Shown here: positions 35,601 through 49,589 of the stretch, in pieces
How positions within the stretch are numbered: the stretch's first letter is position 1
How the letters are laid out: every line of letters begins with the position of its first letter
From: Squalus acanthias
Lineage: Eukaryota
Assembly (NCBI GenBank): GCA_030390025.1
Contig: CM059431.1
Coordinates: 141,114,001-141,178,000 of the forward strand
Length of the DNA: 64,000 bases
Reading direction: 5' to 3'
Notes under the pieces: model-generated
Databases searched by the model: none
The model's input: only the letters and a program-made list of their open reading frames with translations
What the model was told of the DNA's origin: nothing
Program-made: the position numbers and the translations under genes

Positions 35601-38600
35601 GTAGATGCACCAACAGAAACATTGGATAAGGTCACCACGAATAATATTAGATTCGGGATACCATCAGTCCTAGAGTAGAATCAACACAAGTAATATTACA
35701 GTAGGATTACTGCCATTAACGTTATAATAGTGTCAACAGCAGTAAAATGAGAGTAGATTCACCATCACTAATGTCAGTGCTGGTACGACTATTTATGTTA
35801 AATTAACATCAACAGCAGTAATGTTAGAGTAGGTCACCAGCAGTAACGATAGAATAGGCCCGTCACTAGTAATGATAGAGTGCAGTCACCATCAGTAATG
35901 TTAGTGTGGGGTCGCCACCAGTAATGTTAGAGTAGGGTCGCCATAACTAATGTTAGTGTAGGGTCACCGCCAATAATGATGGTGTAGGTTCATCAACAGT
36001 AATGTTAGTGTAGGGTCACCACCAGTAATGTTAGAGTAGGGTCAACAACAGTAATGACAGTTGGGTCACCAACAGTAATGTTAGTGTAGGGTCACCACCA
36101 GTAATGTTAGAGTAGGGTCATCACCAGTAATGTTAGAGCAGGGTCATAACCAATAATGTTAGAGTAGTGACATCAACAGTCATGTTAGAATAGAATGACC
36201 CCCAGTAATGTTAGAGTAGAGTCACCACAATTAATGTTAGAGAAGGGTCACCACCAGTAATGTTAGAGTAGAGTCACCACCAGTAATGTTAGAGTAGGGT
36301 CAACACCAGTAATGTTTGAGTAGGGTCATCACCAGTAATGTTAGAGTAGCGTCACCACCAGTAATGCGAGAGTAGGGTTATCACCGTAATGTTAGAGTAG
36401 GGTCACAACAAGTAATGATAAAGTAGAATCAACAGCAGTAATGTTAGTGTAGGGTCACCACCAGTAATGCTAGAGTAGGGTCACCACCAGTAATGTTAGA
36501 GTAGGGTCACCGCCAATAATATTAGAGCAGGGTCACCACCAGTAATGTTAGAAAAGAATCACCACCAGTAATGATAGTGTAGGATACCCAGCAGTAATGT
36601 TAGAGTAGGGTGATCATAATTAATCTTAGAGTAGGGTCACCATCAGAAATGTTAGAATAGAATCACCGACAGTAAGGATAGAGTAGGGCCACCACCAATA
36701 ATGCTAGAGTAATGTCATCACCTTTAATGTTAGAGTAGGGTCACCACGAATAATGTGAGAATAGGATCACCGCAAGTAATGTTCGAGCAGGGTCATCACC
36801 ATTAATATTAGCGTATAGTTACCATCAGTAAAGTTAAAGTGCGTCGCCGCCAAATTGTTAGATTATGATCACCATCATGTTAGAATAGGATTAACACTAT
36901 TTATTATAGCGTGCGTTCCCCAGCAGTAATGCTAGAGTACAGTACTCATCAGTAATGTCAGAATATGGAGACCTCATGCACTGTTAGAGTAGATGAACCA
37001 CCAGTAATATTGGAGAAAGTTCACCACCACGAATGTTAGATTCGTGTCACCATCAGTCTTAGAGTAGAATAAACACAAGTAATATTACAGTAGGGTTGCT
37101 GCCATTAACATTTTAGTTGTGTCAACAGCAGTAAAATTAGAGTAGATTCACCATCACTAATGTTAGTGCGGGTCACGACTATTGATGTTAAATTAACATC
37201 AACACCAGTAATGTTAGATTAGGGTCACCACCAGTAAGGATAGAGTAGTGTAACCACCAGTAACCATAGGGTAGGCTCACCACCGGTAATGTTAGAATAT
37301 GGTCACCACCATTAACGATATATTAGGGTCATCACTAGTAATGTTAGAGTAGGGTAATCACCAGTAATATTCGAATAGAATCACCGCCAATAATGTTAGA
37401 GTAGTCTCACCACCAGTAATGTTAGAAGAGGGTCACCTCGAGATATGTTATAGTAGAGTCACCACCAGTAATGTTACAGTAGGGTTACCACGAGATATGT
37501 TAGAGTAGAGTCACCACCAGTAATGCTAGAGTAGGGTCACCAGGAGATATGTTAGAGTAGGGTCACCACCTGTAATAATAAAGTAGGCTCATCACCAGTA
37601 ATATTAGAATAGAATCATCGTCAATAATGTTCGATTAGAGTCACCACCAGTAATGTTAGAGTAGGGTCATCACAAGTAATGTTAGAGTAGGGTCAACGCC
37701 AGTAATGATAGTGTAGGGTCACCACCAGTAAGGATAGAGTAGGGTGACCAGCAGTAATGTTAGTGTAGGGTCACCACTATTAATGTTAGAATAGGGCCAC
37801 CACTTGTAATGTTAGAGTAGGGTCACCACCAGTAATGTTAGAGTAGGGTCACCACCAGTAATGTTAGAGCAGTGTCATCATCATAAATGTTAGAATAGGT
37901 TCACCAACAGTAATGATAGAGTAGGGCCAGCATCAGTAATGTTAGATAAAGTTCATCACAATTAATGTTGGAGTAGCGTCACCACCATTAATGATAGAAT
38001 AGGATCACCGCCAGTAATGTTAGTGTAGTGTCATCACCAATAATATTTTAATAGGATTACCGCCAGTAATGATAGGATAGGGCCAACACCATTAATGATA
38101 GTGTAGAGTTAGCATCAGTAAAGTTAGAGTGGGCCTCCGCCAAATTGTTAGATTATTATCAACACCATGTTAGAATAATTTTAACACTATTTATTTTATA
38201 GTGCGATCAACAGCAGTAATGTAAGAGTTCAATACTCATCAGTAACGTCAGAATGTGGAAACCACATGTAATTTTTGATTAGATGCACACCAATAATATT
38301 GGAGTAAGGACACCACCACTAAAGTTACATTCGGGTCACCATCAGTCTGAGTGTAGAATAAATACAAGTCATATTACAGTAGGGTTGTTGCGATTAACAT
38401 TTTAGGAGCGTCAACAGCAGTAAAATGAGAGTAGATTCACCATCAATAATATTATTGCGGGGTCACGGCTATTGATGATAAATTAACATCAACACCAGTA
38501 ATGTTAGAGTAGGGTCGCCACCATTAACGATAGAGTAGGGTCACCACCAGTAATGATAGAGTAGGGTCATCTCATGTAATATTAGAGTAGTGTCATCACC

Positions 38601-40680
38601 AGTAATGTTAGATTAGAGTCATCACGAGTAATGTTAGAGTAGAGTCCTCACCAGTAATATTAGAGTTGTGTCATCACCAGTAATGTTAGAATAGGGTCAT
38701 CATCAGTAATGTTAGAGTCGGGTCCTCACCAGTAATGTTAGAGTAGGGTCATCACCAGTAATATTAGAATAGAATCACTGCCAATAATGTTAGAGCTGAG
38801 ACACCCCCAGTAAAGTTAGAGTAGTGTCACCACAAGCAATGTTAGAGTATGGGCATCACCAGTAATGATAGAGAACGGTCATCAACACTAATATTAGAGT
38901 AGCGTCATCACCAGTAATATTAGAATAGAATCAACTCCAATAATGTTAGAGTAGAGACACCACCAGTAATGATAGAGTCGGGTAATCAACAGTAATGTAA
39001 GGGTAGGGTCACCGCCATTAATGTTAGAATAGAGTCACCACCATTAATGTTAGAGTAGGTTCAGCAGCAGTAATAAAAGAGTAGGGTCACCACTAGTAAC
39101 TTTAATATAGGGTCACCACTTGTAATGTTAATGTAGGGTCACCACCTGTAATGTTAGTGTAGGATCAACACTGGTATTGTTAGTGTAGGGACACTACCAA
39201 TAATGTTAGAGTAGGGTCACCAACAGTAATGTTAGAGTAGGGTCACCACCAGTAATGTTAGAGTAGGGTCACCATCAGTAAGTTAGAGTCAGGTCATCAC
39301 CATTAATGTTAGAGTAGGCTCACCACCAATAATGATATAATAGGATCACCCCCATTAATATTAGTTTACTATCCCCAGCAATAATGTTAGTGTAGGATCA
39401 TCACCAATAATATTTGAATAGAATCACCGCCAGTAATGTTAGGATAGGGCCAGTACCATTAGTGTTAGCTTATAGTTACCATTAGTAAAGTTAGAGTGGG
39501 ACGCCACCAAATTGTTAGATTATTTTCACGACCATGTTAGAATAGGATTAACACTATTAATTTACGAGTTTGTTCACCAGCAGTAATGTTAGAGTACAGT
39601 ACTCATCAGTAACGTCAGAGTATGGATACCACATATAATGTTAGAATAGATGCACCACCAATAATATTGGAGTAAGGTCACCACTACTAATGTTAGTTTC
39701 GGGCCACCATCAGACTTAGAGTAGAATAAACACAAGTAATATTTAAGTAGGGTTGCTGCCATTAACGTTTTAGTAGTGTTAGCATCAGTAAAAATAGAAT
39801 AGATTCACCATCACTAATGTTAGTGCAGTTCACGACTATTGATATTAAATTAACATCAAAACCGGAAATGTTAGAATAGAATCATCGCCAGTAATGTTAG
39901 AGTAAATTCACCACAGTAATGTTAGAGTAGGGTCAACACCAGCAATGTTAGAGTAGGGTGACCACCAGTAATGATAGAGTAGGTTCACCACCAGTAATGA
40001 TAGAGTAGAGTCACCGCCAGTAATGTTAGAGTCGGGGCTCCACCAGTAATGTTGGAATAGGGTCACCACCTCTAATGATAGAGTAGGGTCACCACCAGTA
40101 ATGTTAGACTAGGTTCATCACCAGTAACGTTAGAATAGAATTACCATCAGTAATGTTAGGTTAGGTCACCGCCAATAATAGTAGAGTCGGGTCACCACCA
40201 GTAATGTTAGTGTAGAATCACCACCAGTAAGGACAGAGTAGGGCCACCATCATTAATGATAGAGTAATGTCATCACCATTAATGTTAGAGTAGGGTCATC
40301 GCCAGTTATATTATTGTAGGGTCATCACCAATAATATTGGAATAGAATTACCGCCAGTAATGTTACGATAGGGCCAAAACAATTAATGTTAGCTTATAGC
40401 TACCATCAGTAACGTTAAAGTGGAATCACCATCAGTAATGTTAGAGTAGGGCATCACCAGTAATGTTCGAGTGTGGTCAGAATTAGTAATGCTACATTAA
40501 TGTCCCCACCGGTAATGTTATAGCAGAGTCCCCACTGCTAATGTTGGAGTAGAGTCACCACCAGTATTGTTACAATAACATTACCACCATAAATGTTAGA
40601 ATATGGTCATTATTGGTAGTGTTAAAGTAGGATCATCACCAGTCATGTTCGACCCGAGTCATCACTAATAATAATTACAG
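32683..40680 (+). repeat. 8-kb tandem array of a 26-bp unit (CACCACCAGTAATGTTAGAGTAGGGT) with higher-order structure
   Basis: Direct periodicity of 26 nt (about 300 units); diagnostic variant block recurs at 33161, 34347, 35790, 37180, 38470, 39837. Confidence 0.97.
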
Positions 40681-40933
40681 TACATAACAAATTTAATTTA
40701 TGCAATGGATGACTGAAGTTTTCAGAGAATTAATATGAGGTCACCAGAACTAACGCAGTGTTCGGGAGGGATGTTCCTTTCCGCCTTCAGGGGGCATGTA
40801 CAGAAAACATTCCCTCTAGGATTACTTCCCGCTCAATAATTTTCATGGACGGAGTTTTATGGACTGAGCTTCACAATTTCCCCAGTGGCGGCCCGGGCGC
40901 CCCGAAGTGGAAAATCGCTCCTTGTTTGTAAAG

Positions 40934-41000
40934 TGACTGTAACTAACGCCACTTATTGCGTAACCACGTTTTCTCACCGGGGCAGCGAAATTTGTATAAA
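40934..41000 (+). promoter_or_regulatory. Putative proximal promoter of GPCR copy B
   Basis: TGACTGTAACTAACGC at 40934-40949 (144 nt before ATG) and TATAAA at 40995-41000, positioned as in A and C. Confidence 0.45.
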
Positions 41001-41077
41001 TTGGGAGCATTTACGGATCTCAGATAAACTCCAGTCGGAACCGTAAAGCGGGTCAGAATTCACACATTCTTAAAAAA

Positions 41078-41147
41078 ATGCTACGGCCGACAATTCTGCA
41101 GCTAAGGGACATTTATTACCATATGCTCGCAGCCTTTGGCATTCCCG
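41078..41147 (+). pseudogene. GPCR copy B, exon 1 (MLRPTILQLRDIYYHMLAAFGIP, phase 1)
   Basis: 70 nt, donor G|gtaagt at 41147/41148; homologous to exon 1 of A and C. Confidence 0.9.
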
Positions 41148-41896
41148 GTAAGTCAATGTATTCTGTTGTCTGATAGCTGTTGACTATCTCAGTGTTAATG
41201 TAACAGATTCCGAGAATGTCCTCATTGCAGATTTTTTTATCCACTGGGATCAGTCGGTGAATATCAGCGGGAATGCTACACGTCCGCGCGGCCGCTGAGG
41301 CGCTGTTCTGGTCGCTCGATCATGGGCACCGGGCGCTCAACTTTCCTCCCTATACTGAGGGAGGGCGAGGCTGATTCACCGGCCCCTCCTACAGTACATA
41401 GATCACTAAAGAATGTGTTGCTCATTGCTCATAGTAATCATCTGTTTCGTACCTTTGTTCTCTATCTATTTTAAGTTGATAATTCCTGGCACTTCAGCCA
41501 CCTCCACCCAACACTGGACTTTGGAAGGTAAATTGAGAAAGAACTGTTGCTCGGGGAGCTGCTCCCCTCCGCTCGGCAGCGTTTCGAACTGAATTGAACT
41601 GTTTTATCTCAGCTGAATGTATTATTTGAATTATATCTTTCCATTAATTGCCGTGAAATTATATTTAGTACTTGACTGAAGTTTGCTGCAAGGACGGCGG
41701 ATTTTCAGTCCCTCGATATTGAACTTTCAATGATTATATTTCTTTAAATAAAGTGTCGTTACCCTCGCTTATATTAATGTTAAAAAATCTATGCGCATAA
41801 CGCTGAATAGGGACAGTACCGAACATTTCCCCACAATAAGCTATGAGACGTATCCCAGTATCCCCGTTACTGACCTCTTCCACATCTTTCTCACAG

Positions 41897-42786
41897 CGAA
41901 CCTACTGACAATCGTGATTCTCTCCAGAGGAAACTGCGGCCTTTCCAAATGTATCTCTGTCTACATGGTGGCCATGGCAATAGCAGATCTACTGGTCATG
42001 ATCATCAATATATTAGTGAACCGCATTATCAGTCATCACTTTCCACATTCCTTCCTGTGCTACACTTCCGTCGGTAAGATCATTATGTACATGCAATGTG
42101 TCACCCTGTATGTGTCGGTGTGGTTTACAGTCTCGTTCACATTTGACCGATTTGTAGCTATATGTTGTGAGACGTTTGAAACAATGTATTGCTCAGTGAG
42201 AACTGCGGCCGCGATTATAGCAACGGTCTCTGTCCTGATCTGTTTACAGAGCCTCCCTTTTTGGTTTGCATATGAACCTGAAAGAATAATTCACAATGCT
42301 CACTGGGGTTGCCGCGCCAGAGTGGAGTTTTTTTCATCGCCTGCAGGTGCAGCATACTCCTGGTTGTAAAGTATTTTGGTTGCTTGGCTTGCTTTTGCTT
42401 TGATATTACTATTTAATTGTTTGACAGTCAGACGCATTTTAGTGGCCAGTAGAGCCCGCAGGGGACTCCGGGGTCACAGCAGTGAGAATCAGAGCGATCC
42501 AGAGATGGAGAACCGAAGGAAATCCATCAGTTTACTGTTCACTGTATCGGGCAGTTTTATACTGTTGTGGCTGACAACTATCGTTAGTTTTTTAACTACC
42601 AGACTGACAAACACGGCGCAGTATCGAGGCGATTATGCAGCCCCTGCCGATATTGCCACTGAAACCGGATATATGGTCATGTATTTGAGCTCCTGTACAA
42701 ACACATGTATTTATGCAGCTACTCAAACTAAATTCAGGGAAGAGCTGAAGAATATGGTGAAATGGCCTTGCACATTAATTGGTTAA
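41897..42786 (+). pseudogene. GPR139/GPR142-like GPCR copy B, exon 2 (one internal TAA)
   Basis: ctttctcacag|CG AAC; ANLLTIVILSRGNCGLSKCISVYMVAMAIADL, TFDRFVAIC, ENRRKSISLLFTVSGSFILLWL, TNTCIYAATQTKFREEL. Spliced length 960 nt; TAA at 42367-42369. Confidence 0.92.
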
Positions 42787-45549
42787 AAAATACAAAAAAA
42801 TATCTAAAGCATCCTGTCCTAACTAGAGTTAAATTACAGCAGGTGTTCCATTTTAGAATAGCCGTCTGTCCTTTAGGACGGATATGGTTTGTTGTTGTTA
42901 AAATAAACAGTAATCAGAGAACGTTTCTTCCACTTTGTGCCGCGTGTTTGATGTCTGCTGCTTTCACAGGGTGAACAGAATGGATTCCGCTAAAACAGCG
43001 CGCTTCCCGCTCAAGATCCAAAGAGAACAGTCATGACTGAGCTTCAGCAGTGGAGTAGAACATGTGGGTGTCAGCGTAAACTGCCTCACACAAAAGTTAC
43101 TGGATGGAATGTGACGCTCCAGTTTAATACATATATACAGTTTCCGTTAATGTAGAAACAATGTGCAATAATGGTGGTTATTTGTAATTCTGCAATCTTG
43201 GTGTGAATGTTGCATGCGCTGGTCTCCCCATCAGACTCCGCCCCCCATTGTCTCCTGGACCAATAGAACGGGGCCTGTCTCCTGAGCAGTGTCTAATGAT
43301 GGAGACAGTAGGAACTTGACTCGTCAATGTGACATTAGACATTTTTATTCACAGATATTTACTGAAAATTTTAACGCGTCATCAACATGGAGTGCTACGA
43401 CAGGGGAGCAGACTATTCGACCAAACAGTCCTAGTCGGCGATTACCCTCCACCCTAACAATTAGTTCCAATCACTGTACCCGCTCTTTCTCAACATCCCT
43501 TCAACCTATTTGTATTCAACCATTTGTACAATTAAATATTGATATAATTTCTGCCTCCGTTAAATTCACAGTCTCTCAACTTTCCATGTAAAGAGGTTCA
43601 TCCTACCCTCATTTCTAAATTTCTTACGTTTATTATCTAATCAATGGTCATTCTTTATAGATCCTTCAACTAATGGAAGCAGTCTGATACTATCTATCAG
43701 TTCCCGTCCCTGTTTTACTTAAATCACCTAAATAACCTGGCATTAATAGACAATATAGTAAAAGTCAGGAAAGTGTAGTTAAAATGGTTAATTGATAACT
43801 TTCTGATGAAAATGGTTGTGTCCTTGTTTGTACTGAACAATGAGGAGTATGTATTGGATAGCTTTTCACGATCTGTAACATCGGGACATGCAGGGGGATA
43901 TTCTAACACCTCCGGGCACCTGGTCCATTGATGGATTTGCAGAAAGGGCAGGGATGTCTTGTATCGGATATCTTGTGCTGGGTGATCCTGGGATATCGCT
44001 TTGTGAGCAAAAGTGATGTGTAGCCCGTGAATCAACCAGCATGCGACACACTTGTTGAAGATGCCCAGAGGAACGGGTCCATGACATGGTTAGTAACGTT
44101 GATAACACCACTGCGTAAAATGGTTAATTCGTCTCTAGAGAATGAAAACATGTGTACAACCAATGGGTAGAGATCTGCGTAATTGAGTCGGTCGAGATAC
44201 ATACATGATACTGATGAGATATTGTTGAGTGATGGCCTGAAATTCTCTAACACCAACAGAGGGGGCACTTGGAGCATAGGGTTATTCAGACTGTCCTTAA
44301 GTCTGTTAATGTTATACTGTATTGGCTTCTCTTTGTATTGTAGTAATTTCAATCTTTAGCCCTTGCCTGTTAAGTAGGGAAGGAGAAGTCAGTCAAAATA
44401 GCATTGCTCTGGCTGATGGGCCAGGGCTGACCCTGCAGCAATGGTCAGTTTCAGGACGACGTAATGTGAGATTTAATTAAAGACATGCCATCCCAAAGTG
44501 ATTCAGAATGTTTTAGAGCTCTTTAATCGTTTGATAACTTTTGAGAAAGTGTTCCTTCTGCAAAGGAAAATAGCTGGACATACATCATCATTTTTAATTG
44601 ACAATAGTGATACAGAAACAAAGCAACACTTATTGTTCAACGTTTCACTTGTTAGAATTGCAATTATACGGATCAAGGGTGAAACTATCGATAAGATAAC
44701 GAACTAAGGTGAAAATAAATATTAGCCCAATGGAGCAACACTGCTTGTTTAGTAAGCAAAGCTATCGTGATTGATGAATATATGTAAATTAATTATCCGT
44801 ATATATTGAGTTGAATTTTAACTATTATTTATTTATGCAATACCGAATTGTGAGGATTTCCAAATAGAGGGAGCGACAGAAATATATAAAAACGAGCTTC
44901 TTGTAATGAGTATTTGAAACACATTTTGAATTCCCAACCAACCATCATCAGATGTGACTGTAATGTGTGCCTTTTCAGTGTGTGTTTAATACTATTGCAT
45001 GGACTGCATGCTCAATAAACCGATGACACCTCACTACAATTTTCAAGAACCTTGTTGAAAACCTTAATCTAACAATAGCCTCAGTACTTTAAATGTGAAT
45101 GGGCTTCATTTATTAATTGTGATTAAATGTCCACTTTAGCCGTCACTTTTTAACGTTTCGCGTGATCCTGAGGTTCAAAAAGCCAAACGCCACGTGATTT
45201 CATTTCCGCGTGGATCCCAGGCTCTGCCAATCCGGCTGGCATCCAGCTTCTTTGGGAAGTGGTGGCGAGTTGCGGGCAGTTTTTTTTTGGAATCGGCACA
45301 TTCTCATTTAACTGGATTCAGACGACCAACTGTATTTAAGGCAGGAATCAGGCAGCAGCCAGAGATTTTAATTCTATCAGTTAGCGATGTATCTGCACCC
45401 AGCTCCAATCGTGAGACGGCGATGTGTAATCAACCATATCATGTAATATCAACATGTAATATAGAGAGCAAAGGCATGAACAGGTTAACCATTACATTAC
45501 TGTGTCAAATCGAGTACCATTTGGTTGTGATTCTCCTGTCCCTCTTTCT

Positions 45550-46360
45550 AATTAAATAATTGTTGTGTTCCCTTAGGTTTCTCTGTTTCTAATCAAAGAA
45601 ATACTGTGTTTCCCTGACATTCCGTGCATTCTATTTGTTATTAAACAGTAACTATGTCCCCCTGTGTCCTCCTTCTATCTACATGGTTATTATGTTCCAT
45701 GAGGCCAGTTTCTAATTAAACCGTTACTGTGTTCTCCTAAAATTCCTGTTCTCTATTTATAATTAAATAGATAGGTTATTTCCTTAAGTTCCCCCGTTCT
45801 CTGTTCCTAATCCGCGTGTTCCCCATTTTTAATTAAACAGTTACTATGTTCACCTATCCCCCCAATCCCCATTTATAATTATACAGTTACTGTGTTCCAC
45901 TACATTCAACTTTATTCTATTCCTAATTAAAGAGTTACTGTGTTCCACTACATTCAACTTTATTCTTATTCTAATTAAACAGTTACTGTGTTCACCTAAA
46001 TCCCCCTCTTCCCCATTTATAATTAAACAGATACTGAGTTCTCCTATATCCACCGTTCCCCATTTATAATCATCAGTTACTGTGGTCCCCTATATATTCC
46101 GTTCCCCATTTATAATTGAATAGTTACTGTGTTCCCCTATATTCCACTATTCCCCATTTATATTTAAACAGTTACTGTATTCTCCTAAGTTTCACTGTAC
46201 TTTATTTGTAATATAACAATGACTGTTTTCCACTAAAGTCACCTTTATTCTACTTCTAATTAACAGTTGGCGTATTCTTCTAAATTCGCCTGCTCTGTAT
46301 TTGGAATTAAAGAGTTACTGTATTATCGGGAATTCCCCTTTGTTCCCTATTTTCCGTTGT
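45550..46360 (+). repeat. Degenerate ~46-48 bp minisatellite
   Basis: aattaaacagttactgtgtt recurs at 45831, 45877, 45925, 45973, 46021 and beyond. Confidence 0.85.
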
Positions 46361-46369
46361 GTCCTCTCC

Positions 46370-47900
46370 GTGCTCATTTTGTCCACGAACATGCTCTCCC
46401 GACCCTATTCCCACTAAACTGCTGATCACCCATCTTTCCTTTCTAGCCCTCATGCCAGCTGATATTATGAACTGTTCCCTCAGCTCTGGCACTGTCCGCT
46501 CCCTTTCAAATCTGCCGTCATCGCCCCTCCTAACAAATCCACCTTTGAACCCTCTGTCTTTGCAAACTACCGCCCCATCTCCAACCGCCTATTCCTCTCC
46601 TTGACCATATAGTCGTCTCCCAGATCTTTCTCACAACTCCATGTTTGAATTTTTACCGTCAAGTTTCTGCCCTTGTCACTGCACTGAAACCGTCCTTATT
46701 GAAGTCAAACGTCATCTTCTTATGGGACTGTCATTATGGTGCATTTTGCGTTCTCGTTCTTCACGATTGACGACACCATCCTCCTTCAACGCCACTCCTC
46801 CACTTTCCAGCTGAGTGAACTGCAGTCACCTGGTTCCGCTCCTCCCTATGCAGTCAAAGCCAGAGAATATCCTGCAATTTGTTATATTCGAGCTTTCACA
46901 CCGTTACCTCTGGTGTCCACGAAGGTTATATTATTTCGCCTGTCTATCTATATTCTGCCCCTTAGCAACATCATCCATATATACAATGACGACGCATCTC
47001 TCTAACTTAGTAACAGCTCTCTCCACACCTCCACTGATTCTGTGATATCAAAGTATTGACTGACATGCAGTCCTGGATGAGTGAACATTTACTTTAATTA
47101 AAGAGTGGGCAGGCTCACTCCATTGTCTTTGGTCCCAGCGACAAACTCCGTTCTCTCGCCACCGGCTCCATCTCCCTCCCTGGCCAATGTCTCAGGCTGA
47201 AACTGACTGTTCACATTCTCGGCCTCCCAATTGACCCTGAGTTGACCTTCTGATCCCAGATCGTCTCCATCACAAAGACCGTGTAACCTCACCCAGCTCC
47301 GCCCCTTCTGCCGCTAAACCCCTCCAGGCTTTGCCGCCTCCAGACCTGGTTTATCCAAAGCTATCCTGTCCCGACTCCCATCTTCCACCCTCATTAAACT
47401 GTGCAGCTCACCTTAAACTCTGCTGCCCAGAACCGAACTCGCACCAAGTCCCATTCACACATCACCCTCTGTTCGGTGAAGTACATCGGATCCTGTTCCA
47501 GCATCGTCTCGATTTTAAAATTCTCATTCTCCTGTTCAAATCCCCCCCATGGCCTCGCCGCTCACAATCTGTGAAACCTCCTCCAGCCCTACGATCCTCC
47601 GAGAACTGTGCATTGTCCATTCTCTGGCCTCTTGTGTATCCTCCAGTTCCTTCGCCCCATCACTGGAGTTCGTGCCTTTAGCTGTCTAGGACCTAAACTC
47701 TGGAATCCCCTCCCGAAGCCTCTCCATTTCTCTCCTTTAAGACTCTCCTTTAGAACCTACCTCTGATCACGCTTGTGGTCACCTGTCCTCATGGCTCCTT
47801 CTTTCGTTCGCTATCATATTTTGTCTGATTGCGCTCATGTAACATGCCTTGGGGTATTTTAATAAGTTAAATGCGCTACACAAATGAACGTAGTTGTTGT
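46370..47900 (+). mobile_element. L2-type LINE, degenerate RT and 3' end
   Basis: TCSPDPIPTKLL, aactaccgccccatctccaac (NYRPISN), RLDFKILILLFKS, tail ending gttgttgttg. Confidence 0.85.
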
Positions 47901-49589
47901 TGTAATGAACAGTCCATCCTGGCCAGTCCCGTCACCCACACATATCTTAATTGTTCGGTCCATTTACAATGATTAGTGGGGTCGGGCTGTGGTGATGATT
48001 ATCTTGTCATAAACAGTCCATCCTGGCGAATCCCGTCACTCACATGTATCTAGGTGGTTCGGTCCATTTACAATGATCCGTGGGGTTGGGTTGGACTGAT
48101 TCCATCAGTGGTACTGAACCGCTGATCCTCGCAATCTTCTGGTTCAACACAGGAAAGGAATCTGACCCCGATTCACAACGCGTTCATCTGCAATTAGCAC
48201 TGGGGCAGAGAGTGTCACAGCTTAGTGACTGTTCTCAACTAATGGGCCGTCAACTGCTCCCTACAGACTTCACCATGTCAAGCTGGACTCAATCTGCGTT
48301 GTACAGATGATGGAAAGTATTGGCTCCGAAATTATTGCTGCAATGTTAAAAACAACAGGAAGGAATGTGACGTCTCACTTTAATATCCCACTGTCCAGAT
48401 TATCTACTAGCTGAGGGAGAATAAACCCGTGATTGATCACCGAAGCAACGATATCCCTGACCATAAATGGGAGCGTGATGGGAAGGATCCAGATGTGGAG
48501 AACACGCCACCCTTTGGATGGTGCCTGCTCCAGCTCGCGGTGTTATGTTGAATATCCGACTGTTCTGCATGAAAAGCGCACGCCCTTCCTTTGCCAGAGG
48601 GAAAGAATGAGTTTACACTAAAACCCCGCCTGGTGGGTAGAAAACCGAGAGCCCCCGTTTATTGGTCAATCACATGTAGTGTGGAAACGGGCCCAATTCA
48701 CTCACTAGAACCCAGTCCACTGGCACTGGATCCATAACACTTAGAGCAAAGCACCGTGAGGTCTCCGTCAATCCAAACAATAACATTAAATGTGCATTGA
48801 GTGGGCGGCGGTGGGGCTGGGAGGATGTGGTGAGTGGACCAAAGAAAGGCTCTCAACTACCAATCTTACAATCCAATGGCAACTGAAAGGCAGGCGATGA
48901 TCAGTGACCTCCCCGGAGCAGCCAAGGTAACATGAGTCAGTGCCCCATGTAACAGTGCGCGAAAATAACCATGTTCACCATTGCCAATACCGGAATACCG
49001 GAACTTATTTCATTGATCACCAGATAACTGGATAGCAATGTGCATGAGGTTCCTCAATATACTTCAGCCCACCCCATCCTCTCCCCGACAGGCCTTCCTT
49101 CAATAAGACCGACATGTCTGAAATCAGTGGATGACTCACATGACGCATATTATCTGCTTTTTGCCCCTGTTATTACCCACATTAAGGACCGCTTTCTGGC
49201 CCCTGGGTTACATTACAGATTAAGCCAAACGGAGCGGCTTCAATCTCTGCACTTTCTTCTGAAAGGGGAAATAACCCAACACCAAATATAAGGAAGTGCC
49301 GCCTCAGTCTACAAGAAACGTGCAGGCCAGCATCAGTCAATCAGCTCACAACCGCCTATTGGAAAAGGCCCACTGAGGAGAGGGGAGAGTCTGGGATAAA
49401 AGGGTCTATAATTGTAGGAATCGGCAGGGGCACCGGTGGTTATCAAAATAGGAAAGCACACAGAATGGTTTCCTTTCATTGTTAGCACTATTTGGATAAG
49501 GGGAAATAATTTGGGCAAGGTGGGGTGTCCCGGTGAGATAGACGTATTACTAAAAGGATAGGGAGTCACTGGAGAAGTTTCAACAAATA

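Noticed and set aside
32683..40680. CRISPR-like or coding interpretation of the 26-bp array
   Set aside because: Units are head-to-tail with no unique spacers, no cas genes, vertebrate context; no ORF-track entry in the array.
41791..41896. N-terminal 35 aa of the 192-aa ORF as the true GPCR start
   Set aside because: Intronic read-through; a homologous 70-nt exon 1 with phase-1 donor exists at 41078-41147.
43720..44360. Overlapping 80-106 aa minus-strand ORFs
   Set aside because: No recognisable domain or exon structure.
48267..48383. Cys-rich frame TSPCQAGLNLRCTDDGKYWLRNYCCNV resembling a thyroglobulin type-1 or Ig strand
   Set aside because: Spacing does not fit either pattern and no donor precedes the stop.
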